Counted from the stretch's first letter, positions 12,876 to 24,691 are shown. The stretch is 32,309 bases of DNA from Octopus bimaculoides (GCF_001194135.2 NC_068988.1:6771509-6803817); one strand, 5' to 3'. The notes: generated by a model from the letters alone, not told the origin. Translations and numbers: made by a program.

Positions 12876-13166
12876 TACGTATAAACATATATGGATAATC
12901 ATATTCATGCTTATTCGTTTGTCTTTTCAAGTATGTATGCACGAATGTGTCTATATATGTAGGTATATACGAGTCTTTATAAATACATATGTATGTATGT
13001 ATGTATGTATTTATGTATGTATGTATGTATGTATGTATGAAGTTATGTATATATATAAGGTTATGCGTATATATGTACGGAAGAAAAATTTTAATGTGAA
13101 ATACAAAGACAATAAGAGAGGAACAGTTTAAAGTATCAGTTATATTTTTCACAATTGTTTATTCAG

Positions 13167-13169
13167 GTG
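13167..13169 (+). other. Candidate 3-nt microexon GTG (site 1)
   Basis: ttatatttttcacaattgtttattcAG-GTG-GTAAGC: pyrimidine-rich acceptor followed 3 nt later by a canonical donor. No transcript evidence available. Confidence 0.4.
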
Positions 13170-13415
13170 GTAAGCAGCATTAGCGATAAGAAATCGTTAT
13201 TAACAAACATAGTCCGTGTGAAGAAAATGGGCGACCGGACTTAATAACAGGAATTGGTCTATAGAAAGGGGAGACAATGAGAGCGAAGAGAAATATTAAA
13301 GCTGTTTGAATAATCGCTATTTGTTTATTTAATTTTAGTTTAAACACGTACATACACGTAGACTTATATATGCGTATATAGATAGATACGAATATGCAGA
13401 TACACATATATATAC

Positions 13416-13448
<33 letters not shown>

Positions 13449-13685
13449 CGTGTGTTGTGGGTGTGTGTGTAGACATGTGTAGAGAAGAATGGGGGTCGAG
13501 TGGGGTGTAAAATGTATTTCAGTTAAAATGAAAATACGTTAAAATTGTTTACAGATGCAAAATATTTTTTTGAAAAATTAAAACAAACACCAGCTCTTGT
13601 AATTGAATAACACAGAGGAAGACAGACAGACAGACAGACGGACGGACAGACGAACGGACGGACAGGCATACAAGCGGAGAAATAG

Positions 13686-13728
<43 letters not shown>

Positions 13729-14722
13729 NNNNNNNNNNNNNNNNNNNNNNNNNNNNNNNNNNNNNNNNNNNNNNNNNNNNNNNNNNNNNNNNNNNNNNNN
13801 NNNNNNNNNNNNNNNNNNNNNNNNNNNNNNNNNNNNNNNNNNNNNNNNNNNNNNNNNNNNNNNNNNNNNNNNNNNNNNNNNNNNNNNNNNNNNNNNNNNN
13901 NNNNNNNNNNNNNNNNNNNNNNNNNNNNNNNNNNNNNNNNNNNNNNNNNNNNNNNNNNNNNNNNNNNNNNNNNNNNNNNNNNNNNNNNNNNNNNNNNNNN
14001 NNNNNNNNNNNNNNNNNNNNNNNNNNNNNNNNNNNNNNNNNNNNNNNNNNNNNNNNNNNNNNNNNNNNNNNNNNNNNNNNNNNNNNNNNNNNNNNNNNNN
14101 NNNNNNNNNNNNNNNNNNNNNNNNNNNNNNNNNNNNNNNNNNNNNNNNNNNNNNNNNNNNNNNNNNNNNNNNNNNNNNNNNNNNNNNATATATATATATA
14201 TATATATATACGGATGCATAGACACACCAACACACACAATGCAGGAGCAGACACACAATGCACATGTGGACACGTAATGGTGCATATATAGATATTTGCA
14301 TACATTCACGATTATATATACTTATAACCACACACACAGGCACATACATACGTTTACACATGCGGATTCTGCTCACACACACACACAGACATACTCACAC
14401 ACACACAGACATACTCACACACACACAATGTCACACATCCATATACACACAATATGCATACATAAATATATAACGACCGTGAGTAAATTATTGATAATAT
14501 ATAGTGAGAGAGAAAGAGAGAGAGAGAGGGGGGGGGGAAGATGAGAAAGAAAGAAAGAAAGAGACAGATGGATGTAGAGGCATTGAAGTATCAGGTTGTA
14601 TGTGTCTGTATGTTTTTGTGCGACTGTCAAAATACAGGAAGAAAATTCTTTGAATATCGGAACCGTGGGATGATGGATAATTCATAACATCCAGTATTAT
14701 CATCATCATCAACATCATCATC

Positions 14723-14754
<32 letters not shown>

Positions 14755-14838
14755 CTTCTTCTTCTTCTTCTTCTTCTTCTTCTTCTTCNNNNNNNNNNNN
14801 NNNNNNNNNNNNNNNNNNNNNNNNNNNNNNNNNNNNNN

Positions 14839-14899
<61 letters not shown>

Positions 14900-15204
14900 T
14901 TCTTCTTTTTCTTCTTCTTCTTCTTCTTCTTCTTCTTCTTCTTCTTCTTCTTCATCACCATCATCAACATCATCATCTTCCTCATTTCCTTCTTCGAACT
15001 CTTTCTCCTTCTCCCCTCCTCCACTTCCTCCTTCCTCCTCCCCTCTGCTTCCTTCTTCCTCTTCAAATTAAAATCTCCCCACATCTAATTGTTACTTTTC
15101 CTCTAGACACCTCCATAGCCATTCATCTCAAAATGACAACGTATTATACATACAATGACACATAAGGATAATTACACCATAATATGTCTCTTTTACTAGT
15201 TTAC

Positions 15205-15330
15205 TCTCTCACTGTTTCAGTCATTTGACTGCGGCCATACTGGGGCACCGCCTTTAGTCGAGAAAATCGACCCCAGGACTCATTCTTTGTAAGCCTGGTA
15301 CTTATTCTATTGGTCTCTTTTCTCGAACCG
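15205..15330 (-). mobile_element. SINE family 1, 3' fragment
   Basis: gactgcggccatactggggcaccgcc...gtacttattctattggtctcttttctcgaaccg matches the 21285 copy and the reverse complement of 1880-1930. Confidence 0.75.
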
Positions 15331-15647
15331 ATTAATGCTAATAGACAACAGAATAGATCGTGCCAAAGCAATAAATGTCGAAGAATTAAGAAAAATGAAA
15401 AACGCTCCAGACATCCAATAATCTACACTGTATTACAACACACAACCCAAGAAATACAGAGGTTTACAATAAATCCACCAGAACATCCCACTACTAAAAC
15501 AAGACCGAAGAATGAAACAAGCATTCGAAATATACAAAATAATCAAAAGTAAAAGACAATCAAATTCCCTCAAAGAATTCCTCACAAGTGCTAAATTACC
15601 TTCCACAGTTCCTACCAACAGCCAAAAAGTGTGGCCACCCCAATTGT
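15331..15647 (+). mobile_element. Penelope-like element fragment (RT thumb/linker up to the Cys motif before GIY-YIG)
   Basis: Across frameshifts: IDRAKAINVEELR...ITTHNPRNTEVYN..IHQNIPLLKQDRRMK...KIIKSKRQSNSLKEFLTSAKL...AKKCGHPNC. THNP, SKRQ..L...LT.AK and KC..P.C are characteristic of the PLE linker. Confidence 0.8.
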
Positions 15648-15699
15648 ATGTATNNNNNNNNNNNNNNNNNNNNNNNNNNNNNNNNNNTATATATATATA

Positions 15700-17190
15700 C
15701 ACACTGCTGGAGACAATCTTATGACCAGCGAAAAAACTGCCAAAATGAACATATTCGAATATGTTTCATGATAGATAAATAATTAGTAAATAGAAAATGA
15801 TATACGAAAACCAAAAGAAATGTTCAATATCTAATGCATGGTATGAAAATGAACAATATTTTTCCCGGTCAAAAATTTAAGACCATGACAAATGAAAGGT
15901 TTAAATCTGGTATAAGCTAGAAACATTTTGGCATTTATGCTCAAACTTTCTCTGTCAATAACTACCATTCACTCTCTGGCTATTTCACAACAACAATGAG
16001 CAAAACTAAAATATTAATGGATTCTGAATGCTGTAGAATTGTGGATCTCCAAAAGTAAGGTGTTTCTTAACGTGCCATTTCCAGTGAAATTAGTCCAAGT
16101 AAAAATGTCACGGCGAACTTCTTAAAAAAACCCTGAGTCATATGGATCGAGAAAATCGACAGGCCGGCCCAAGGAAAATTTCACCAGCGTTGAGTCAGGA
16201 AAGGCTCTAGTCGATCATCAAACGCAAGTAAGACAGTTACGGACAGCGAATGTAGCTCAAGGATGATAAGACATTTCAGATAGAAAGGCTTAAAAATTTT
16301 TAAGAGACACCGTCTTCTTTCACGCCACAAAAATTCTTGTTTAAAATTTGTTCAGAATCACCAGACTTGGGACGTTTTCAACTGGAAGAAAGTTTTATTA
16401 TCAGATGAGAAGAAATTCGACCTTGCTGGGCCTGATGGTTTCCAAAGATATTGGCACAAAAAAGATATTCCACCGGAAACTTTTCCAGCGAGGCACGGTG
16501 GTGGAGGCTCTGTCATGATGTGGAATACTTTCTTGTGCAGAGGAAATATAGATGGCGTGTCAAACAGCAGCTGGTCATGTTGGCATTTTGGAATAGGCAT
16601 CACACTTTACTGAAGGCCCCCGTTTGTATGGAGAAGACTGGATTTATCAACAGGCCAATGCTACAATCCATAATGCTCGCAGGCCAGACGATTTCTGAAG
16701 AACAAATAAAGTTAATCTTTTGAATCATCCCCCCATGCTCTCCTGAGATGGAAAATCTTTGGGAGTGGATGGAAAGAGACGTTTACAAAAACGGAACACA
16801 GTGTCAGACTGCGGATGCTCTGCGCCAACATTTGGCAAATTCTAGACAATCTCCGCCAAACGCTTATGTCGAGTGTGCCACAACGAATTTTTGAAGTTAA
16901 TTTCAGGAATGGTGGAGCAACTAACCATTAAGATCTTTTGTTTATTATTCATTCGTTGATTTCGTTCGTTATTTGTCATGGTCTTAAACTTTTGACCAGG
17001 CAAATTATTGCTAGCGTTCATTCAATGCATATTATGTGCATTAAATGTTGAATATTTCTTTACGTTCTTGTTTAACCTTTTCTATTTGCCAACAATGAAT
17101 CTATAATGAAAAATAGCCGAATGTGTCGCTCTCCAAGGAATTCATTTCGGCGGGTTTTTCACTGGTCACAAGGTTTTCTCCATCAGTGTG
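15700..17190 (+). mobile_element. Full-length, inactive Tc1/mariner transposon (Tc3-like), about 1.49 kb with ~50-bp TIRs
   Basis: Left TIR cacactgctggagacaatcttatgaccagcgaaaaaactgccaaaatgaa; reverse complement of the right end is cacactgatggagaaaaccttgtgaccagtgaaaaacccgccgaaatgaa. TA on the left flank; the right flank is (TG)n. Confidence 0.9.
15996..16931 (+). pseudogene. Tc3-like DDE transposase pseudogene
   Basis: MSKTKIL...RIVDLQK*GVS*RAISSEI...PESYGSRKSTGRPK (HTH region); WKKVLLSDEKKFDLAGPDGFQRYWH...RHGGGGSVMMW; YQQANATIH (second Asp lost); PPCSPEMENLW; ends NGGATNH*. Multiple stops and frameshifts. Confidence 0.9.
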
Positions 17191-17202
17191 TGTGTGTGTG
17201 CT

Positions 17203-17275
<73 letters not shown>

Positions 17276-17301
17276 GTATGGGGTTTTGTGTGTTTGTGTG
17301 T

Positions 17302-17351
<50 letters not shown>

Positions 17352-18919
17352 GGACAGGAGGTGATAGATTCATACATAAATAAATAGACACAAACGAACA
17401 CACATATATGAACCTATGTATGTATATGTAGGCATGTATATATGAATGTATATACACATACAAAAGTATGCATGTAATTATATGCATGTGTTTGTATTTA
17501 CACGTGATATTATATATATATATATATNNNNNNNNNNNNNNNNNNNNNNNNNNNNNNNNNNNNNNNNNNNNNNNNNNNNNNNNNNNNNNNNNNNNNNNNN
17601 NNNNNNNNNNNNNNNNNNNNNNNNNNNNNNNNNNNNNNNNNNNNNNNNNNNNNNNNNNNNNNNNNNNNNNNNNNNNNNNNNNNNNNNNNNNNNNNNNNNN
17701 NNNNNNNNNNNNNNNNNNNNNNNNNNNNNNNNNNNNNNNNNNNNNNNNNNNNNNNNNNNNNNNNNNNNNNNNNNNNNNNNNNNNNNNNNNNNNNNNNNNN
17801 NNNNNNNNNNNNNNNNNNNNNNNNNNNNNNNNNNNNNNNNNNNNNNNNNNNNNNNNNNNNNNNNNNNNNNNNNNNNNNNNNNNNNNNNNNNNNNNNNNNN
17901 NNNNNNNNNNNNNNNNNNNNNNNNNNNNNNNNNNNNNNNNNNNNNNNNNNNNNNNNNNNNNNNNNNNNNNNNNNNNNNNNNNNNNNNNNNNNNNNNNNNN
18001 NNNNNNNNNNNNNNNNNNNNNNNNNNNNNNNNNNNNNNNNNNNNNNNNNNNNNNNNNNNNNNNNNNNNNNNNNNNNNNNNNNNNNNNNNNNNNNNNNNNN
18101 NNNNNNNNNNNNNNNNNNNNNNNNNNNNNNNNNNNNNNNNNNNNNNNNNNNNNNNNNNNNNNNNNNNNNNNNNNNNNNNNNNNNNNNNNNNNNNNNNNNN
18201 NNNNNNNNNNNNNNNNNNNNNNNNNNNNNNNNNNNNNNNNNNNNNNNNNNNNNNNNNNNNNNNNNNNNNNNNNNNNNNNNNNNNNNNNNNNNNNNNNNNN
18301 NNNNNNNNNNNNNNNNNNNNNNNNNNNNNNNNNNNNNNNNNNNNNNNNNNNNNNNNNNNNNNNNNNNNNNNNNNNNNNNNNNNNNNNNNNNNNNNNNNNN
18401 NNNNNNNNNNNNNNNNNNNNNNNNNNNNATATATATATATATATATATACACATACATATACACGCATACATGTATGTATTTATGTATATATAGACATGT
18501 ATTAAATCTAAATGCATCTTTCACATTGCACATATGCTTCCAAACTAACTTAATTGATATACAGACACGCTACTTCGGTTACATTTCACGTCACCTTTCT
18601 AACTCCACACCCCGCCCACCACCACCACCACCACCGCTGCCGCCATCTTTCCTTCTGCCCGTTTATTCTTTCTTCTTGTTTTTCCATAATTCCTTTCTTA
18701 CCTCTTTGTACCCTCAATAGAATGATAAATCCCGATGCCTTATGCAAAAAAATCTGATTATGCAAACCTGTCAATCATTATCCTCTGTGTAAATAGTCTT
18801 AAATCAATAGAAATATAGACTTGAGTCTGTTTGCAAACATTATTATGAAACTTTCACGCTGTTTCAACCAGCGTGCTTGTTTTTCCATATTCGTTCTTGC
18901 TTTTTATCTTTATCTTTAG

Positions 18920-18922
18920 GTG
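18920..18922 (+). other. Candidate 3-nt microexon GTG (site 2)
   Basis: cttgtttttccatattcgttcttgctttttatctttatctttAG-GTG-GTGAGT: ~40-nt pyrimidine-rich tract containing TGC, and a consensus donor. Confidence 0.5.
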
Positions 18923-19093
18923 GTGAGTTAGTTGGTATTCGCTGTAGAAATTTAGTATTTTATCCTTCAAAGGTGTCACCCGAGCCAACAAGGGAGCCTA
19001 CGCGTTGGCTACATCGAGCAGCTACAATATAAATATCAGCCATTTTATTTGCCTGCCTTTACTCTTTGTTTTGTCTTTTGCTTTTTTGTTAGT

Positions 19094-19640
19094 GGGGTTA
19101 CTCATGGTCGTGTGGTTAAGAAGCGCGCATATCAGTTATGTGGTCTTTGGGTTCAATCCCACTGCACAGCACCTTGACCGTGTGTTTTCTACTGTGGTGC
19201 CATTCTGTCGGTTGCGACGACGAGGGTTCCAGTTGATCCGATCAACGGAACAGCTTACTCCTGAAATTAACGTGCAAGTGGCTGCGCACTCCACAGACAC
19301 GTGTACCCTTAACGTAGTCCTCGGAGAGATTCAGCGTGACACAGAATGTGACAAGGCCGGCCCTTTGAAATACAGGTACAACAGAAAGAGGAAGAAAGAA
19401 TGAGAGAAAGTTGTGGTGAAAGAGTACAGCAGGGTTCACCACCATCCCCTGCCGGAGCCTCGTGGAGTTTTAGGAGTTTTCGCTCAATTAAACACTCCCG
19501 ACACCCGGTCTGGGAATCGAAGCCGCGAGTCCGCTGCCCCAATCACTGGGCCATTGCGCCTCCACTTTCTACTGTAGCTCTAGGTTGACCAATGTCTTGT
19601 GAGAGAATTCGGTAGACAGAAACTGTGAAACTGTGTTTAA
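19094..19640 (+). mobile_element. SINE family 1 5' half, interrupted by a family 3 insertion
   Basis: Head 19094-19195 resumes at 19566 (tttctactgtagctctagg...ggtagacagaaactg). Confidence 0.75.
19196..19565 (-). mobile_element. tRNA-derived SINE family 3, full length, with 10-bp TSD tttctactgt
   Basis: Reverse complement starts ggaggcgcaatggcccagtg with B-box-like cttcgattccc; TSD at 19186-19195 and 19566-19575; homologous to 29444-29820. Confidence 0.9.
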
Positions 19641-19688
19641 TTCTGTCGAACATATATATTGCAATGACCTGTAGTCGTTATAATATAT

Positions 19689-19937
19689 GTGTTGTTGTTG
19701 TTGGCACTCCGTCGCTTACGACGTCGAGGGTTCCAGTTGATCCGATCAACGGAACAGCCTGCTCGTGTGATTAACGTGCAATGGCTGAGCACTTCACAGA
19801 CACGTGTACCCTAATCGTAGTTCTCAGGATAGGTGTTTCCGCTCAATAAACACTTACAGCGCCCGGTCTGGGAATCGAAACCACGATCCTATGACCGCGA
19901 GTCCACTGCCCTAACCACTGGGCCATTGCTCCTGCAC
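19689..19937 (-). mobile_element. SINE family 3, internally deleted, with (CAA)n tail and 13-bp TSD cgttataatatat
   Basis: TSD at 19676-19688 and 19938-19950; lacks the central block (roughly 130 bp) seen in the other two copies. Confidence 0.9.
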
Positions 19938-20307
19938 CGTTATAATATATATAAAGTTAGCATAAGACAGCATTTCAAGTGGGATGGGGCACTTATGTAT
20001 TGAAGGTACTGCTGTAATTCCTCTCTTATCAGACAGTGAAGACGTTCTAAAGGCGTATCGATCCCTTCGAATGCGATACCGGATCTGTCGTGTTTACCCA
20101 CTAATGTAGGCAACAAAACTGCTACATAACAGCAAAACTCTGGCTTAGGATTTGCCACTCTTGGCCAGATGTTTCTATCATTCTCAATACTCGTTCTTTC
20201 TGCTCCACATGTTTTCTCTCTTGCTTTTTTTTTTCTTGTGGCTTCTGGCAATTTTCAGCAACATTTTTTTTTTTCAGTCTTTTGCAACACAGTCATGGCT
20301 GTGTTTC

Positions 20308-20495
20308 CAGAATGTTCCGACGATTGTTTCTGGAGCTCATTCGTCCGAATTACAGAAGAATCTAAAGATTCATTTCCAGAGAATGCCCCCTTCATCAGGG
20401 AAAAAGAAAAATAGGGGCATTCTCTGGAAATGAATCTTTAGATTCTTCTGTAATTTGGACGAATGAACCCCAGAAACGATCGTTAGAACATTCTG
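20308..20495. repeat. 82-bp inverted repeat with a 24-nt spacer
   Basis: Arms at 20308-20389 and 20414-20495; the inner 42 bp are perfect and there are 6 transition mismatches in the outer part. Confidence 0.95.
20350..20400 (-). ncRNA. Minimal type I hammerhead-ribozyme-like motif (Penelope pLTR type), stem I defective
   Basis: Minus strand: CUGAUGA-A-GGGG(GCAUU)CUCU-G-GAAA-U-GAAUC(UUUA)GAUUC-U-UC. Core, stem II, near-palindromic stem III and a UH (UC) site are correctly ordered; stem I does not pair. Confidence 0.5.
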
Positions 20496-20631
20496 TTTCT
20501 TCTAACATGTAACCCAAAACTCTTTTTAATTCCTATTACTATACCATATTCTAAATATTGTTAAACGTTTTTTTATCTATATTCCACTGTTATTTTTATC
20601 TAATGTGCGTATTGATATGTATGTATATATA

Positions 20632-20808
20632 TATACGAAGGGATTTCACTCAGCCTTCTCCTCCCAGATTCTCTAACAAGACATAGTTTGGCCCGGAGCG
20701 ACACCAGAAGACACTTATCCTAGATGCCACGCATTGGGACCGAACCCGAACCTACGTGATCACAAAGAGAGCTTTTCAATATACAGACCTGTCTGCATCT
20801 AATTATCT
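20632..20808 (-). mobile_element. SINE family 1, decayed 5' half
   Basis: Reverse complement contains ggttcgggttcggtcccaatgcgtggcatctaggataagtgtcttc. Confidence 0.65.
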
Positions 20809-21284
20809 CATGTTACTTCTTTAAATAAACATGATTTTATAAATTTCTCTCAGTCGATTTAATACTTTTTCCTTGCTACATATGTTTCACCTAAGGGAGT
20901 ACAGAACTATTATTTGTTAGCACAGTTGCTGTAAAACCATGCAAACATTGTTCCTTGGGGAATAACTGAAAATATTTCAGACAACAGGCATGTTGCTTTT
21001 GCGATGTTTTAGGTGTGGCGTGCTCCGTATTGTAAGATGTAAAGTTTTTGTAGGTCGAGTTTCTATCAAACTGTTCTTTCTTGAAACCATTTCATTTCAG
21101 AAAGAGCAGTTGAATGCTAAAGCTTGTCAGTTATCGTTTCCCCTCCTCTATATATGGTGTCTGAATAAATAACGGGGAGGCCACTGTCTGAATGCGCTTC
21201 GTCTTGCTTTAAGTTTACTTGTTTTAAGTGTTAGCCTGGCGGTAAACGAGACAAAAACAACAGTAACAACGACTACATTTACTA

Positions 21285-21545
21285 TCTTCCGTCTTTTGTT
21301 TCAGCCACTAGACTGCGGCTATGCTGGAGCACCGCCTTGGGGAGATTTTTAGCCGAACTAATTGTAACTAGCAATTTTAGTTGAATGAATCGACTTCAGT
21401 ACATTCTTTTTTATATATAAATCTTGTACTTATTCTATCGGTGTCTTTTGCCGAACTGCTAAATTACGGAGACGTAGACAAATTAACATCGGTTGCCAAA
21501 TGGTGGTGGGAGACAAACACAGACACAAAGACACGCTCATATATG
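21285..21545 (-). mobile_element. SINE family 1, 3' half
   Basis: gactgcggctatgctggagcaccgcc...tacttattctatcggtgtcttttgccgaactgctaa...ggtggtgggagacaaacac. Confidence 0.75.
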
Positions 21546-22013
21546 TGTGTGTGTTTGTGTGTGTCTGTGTGTTTGTGTGTATACACACACACAGAAAATT
21601 AAGGATAAAAACCACTTTCATGATTTTATCAAGTGGCCAGTGTTTAATAAAGCCATACAGGTAACAATCTATCCTAATATATAATTATATAATATAATCA
21701 TATTAAAGGGGGCGGATAAACTCCACCGTCACACTAGAGATAAACGCCGAATGGCTCTAAAAACCACATCTACACTCTGTTAATACAGGTTATAAGCGGG
21801 GAGATGAATAACAGAATAAGATTTTTTTTAATGGTTAATTGTTGATCGATTTCTGGCTAGGGGTTTTAAAACAACATATATCCACACGACCATATACATA
21901 CATTTACATGTATACACTAGTTGAATCTAATTCCTTCATCTCAACCGCGTGTTTTTACGATCGTAATAATATCGCAACATATGCAATTTGATGACGTGCA
22001 AATAAATAAATAA

Positions 22014-22048
<35 letters not shown>

Positions 22049-22615
22049 CTTATGAAATATATGTTATATATTTCATGTACACAGACACGTGCGCCCGCAC
22101 AAACACTCACACACATTCATAAAGATCGAATGAGTATAAGCAATTAAAAAACAAAGAACTTAAAAAAAAAATACTATGCATTTCAAGCGAATAACAACTA
22201 AAATAGTTAGCAGAAATCAAATTTCTGCTAATGAACCTCCATATATATATATACTCCACAGATCTTCAGCGTTGTATCTTTTTAACTAAATATAAGCAGC
22301 CACGTAGACAAATTATAAATATCATTGAGACACAGTTTCCTACAGTGTGACGAACGAAGTGCTAATTGCGCTTCTCTTTGGAATATGGTCGTAATGCAAA
22401 TAATTCATGTTCGCATAAAACACACAGCTTGCATTGATGTATATGCGTGTGTGTCGTCAAGTATGAAATTTGTAGTAAGGTGTATGGTAAACTTTGACAG
22501 CTGCTCATTTTAAGCCATTATTATATTTTGACAATCTTTATATTTTTGTTAGAAAGCTGACACATCTATTTCTTTATTCTAACTCATTCTGCGCTTTATG
22601 TGTGTGTGTTTGTTT

Positions 22616-22649
<34 letters not shown>

Positions 22650-22755
22650 TGTGTGTGTGTGTGACGATTAATTCCATATCTAAAGACAATCATGTTAGAT
22701 ACCACATGAAATGGGGGATTATGGGTTTCTTACGGCTCTCTATTGTATAAAATTG

Positions 22756-22794
<39 letters not shown>

Positions 22795-23287
22795 TGTGAG
22801 TCTCTGTCTATAAGTCAGTATACACTAGTGTAAATTTATGGTAACCGAATACGTTGTGTTTTCAATAGTTACTTATAAAGTCGTGTTTATAATTCTTCAG
22901 GGTTTGTGCTGTGTTTGCTTAATTTTTGGCTACTGCCCGCAGTAATTTATAATTTACAACTGATTAAACAAAAACAGGGATACTAAATATAGAGACACGG
23001 ACCAACATGGCGGAATTGATTGTGCAGATAACTAGATAGGCGAGGAGATGGATAATGAGATTAGGGGTTAGATAAAGAGATAATTAAAAGGAAGACAGAT
23101 AATGCTTTGTATATACTATGTGTGTATGGGTTTGTATATATATATGTATATATGGTTTTGTATATGTGTATGGTTCTCAGGGTATATAAATATATATGGA
23201 TATCTATATATAAGTGTGTGTATCTCTCTATTTCTCTCTCTCTCTATATATATAGAGAGAGAGAGAGAAGCAGACAGAGCGATAGAC

Positions 23288-23325
<38 letters not shown>

Positions 23326-23674
23326 ACACACCATCATATATACAGACATTCGTTGCTTTGTAGAAGCGATGACTATTCACCTGTTTTTTGCCGATTGGGT
23401 TTCATTTTACAATCTATCTCCTCCAATAATATTTACTATAAACACAAGTCAAAATCATTATTTCAACATATCCGTCTCCTTGTTGGCTATGTTTATAAAC
23501 ATTGGCTCTTGCACAATTTTCTACGTGTTTCTGTTTACATAGCACACGCAAGCCTCTCTTCATGTACATACGCGTACAAACACTCACTGATATGAATACA
23601 GTGTATTTGAGCAATTGTGTGTGTCAGTATCTTTGTCACTGTATGTATACATGTACAAACACACGTGCTGTGCA

Positions 23675-23708
<34 letters not shown>

Positions 23709-23724
23709 GAAACATTTTATCTTT

Positions 23725-23802
23725 TATACTTGTGTCAGTTATGAGATTGCAGTCATGCTGGGACACTGGCTTCGAGAATTTCAGTTGAACGAATCGACAC
23801 AG
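23725..23802 (-). mobile_element. SINE family 1, short 3' remnant
   Basis: gattgcagtcatgctgggacactggc...gaacgaatcgacacagt resembles 21310-21400. Confidence 0.5.
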
Positions 23803-23870
23803 TGTATGCAACCATACATATACATACATACACACACACACACATATATATACGTATATATATACATATA

Positions 23871-23905
<35 letters not shown>

Positions 23906-24650
23906 NNNNNNNNNNNNNNNNNNNNNNNNNNNNNNNNNNNNNNNNNNNNNNNNNNNNNNNNNNNNNNNNNNNNNNNNNNNNNNNNNNNNNNNNNNNNNNN
24001 NNNNNNNNNNNNNNNNNNNNNNNNNNNNNNNNNNNNNNNNNNNNNNNNNNNNNNNNNNNNNNNNNNNNNNNNNNNNNNNNNNNNNNNNNNNNNNNNNNNN
24101 NNNNNNNNNNNNNNNNNNNNNNNNNNNNNNNNNNNNNNNNNNNNNNNNNNNNNNNNNNNNNNNNNNNNNNNNNNNNNNNNNNNNNNNNNNNNNNNNNNNN
24201 NNNNNNNNNNNNNNNNNNNNNNNNNNNNNNNNNNNNNNNNNNNNNNNNNNNNNNNNNNNNNNNNNNNNNNNNNNNNNNNNNNNNNNNNNNNNNNNNNNNN
24301 NNNNNNNNNNNNNNNNNNNNNNNNNNNNNNNNNNNNNNNNNNNNNNNNNNNNNNNNNNNNNNNNNNNNNNNNNNNNNNNNNNNNNNNNNNNNNNNNNNNN
24401 NNNNNNNNNNNNNNNNNNNNNNNNNNNNNNNNNNNNNNNNNNNNNNNNNNNNNNNNNNNNNNNNNNNNNNNNNNNNNNNNNNNNNNNNNNNNNNNNNNNN
24501 NNNNNNNNNNNNNNNNNNNNNNNNNNNNNNNNNNNNNNNNNNNNNNNNNNNNNNNNNNNNNNNNNNNNNNNNNNNNNNNNNNNNNNNNNNNNNNNNNNNN
24601 NNNNNNNNNNNNNNNNNNNNNNNNNNNNNNNNTATATACATACATGTATA

Positions 24651-24691
<41 letters not shown>

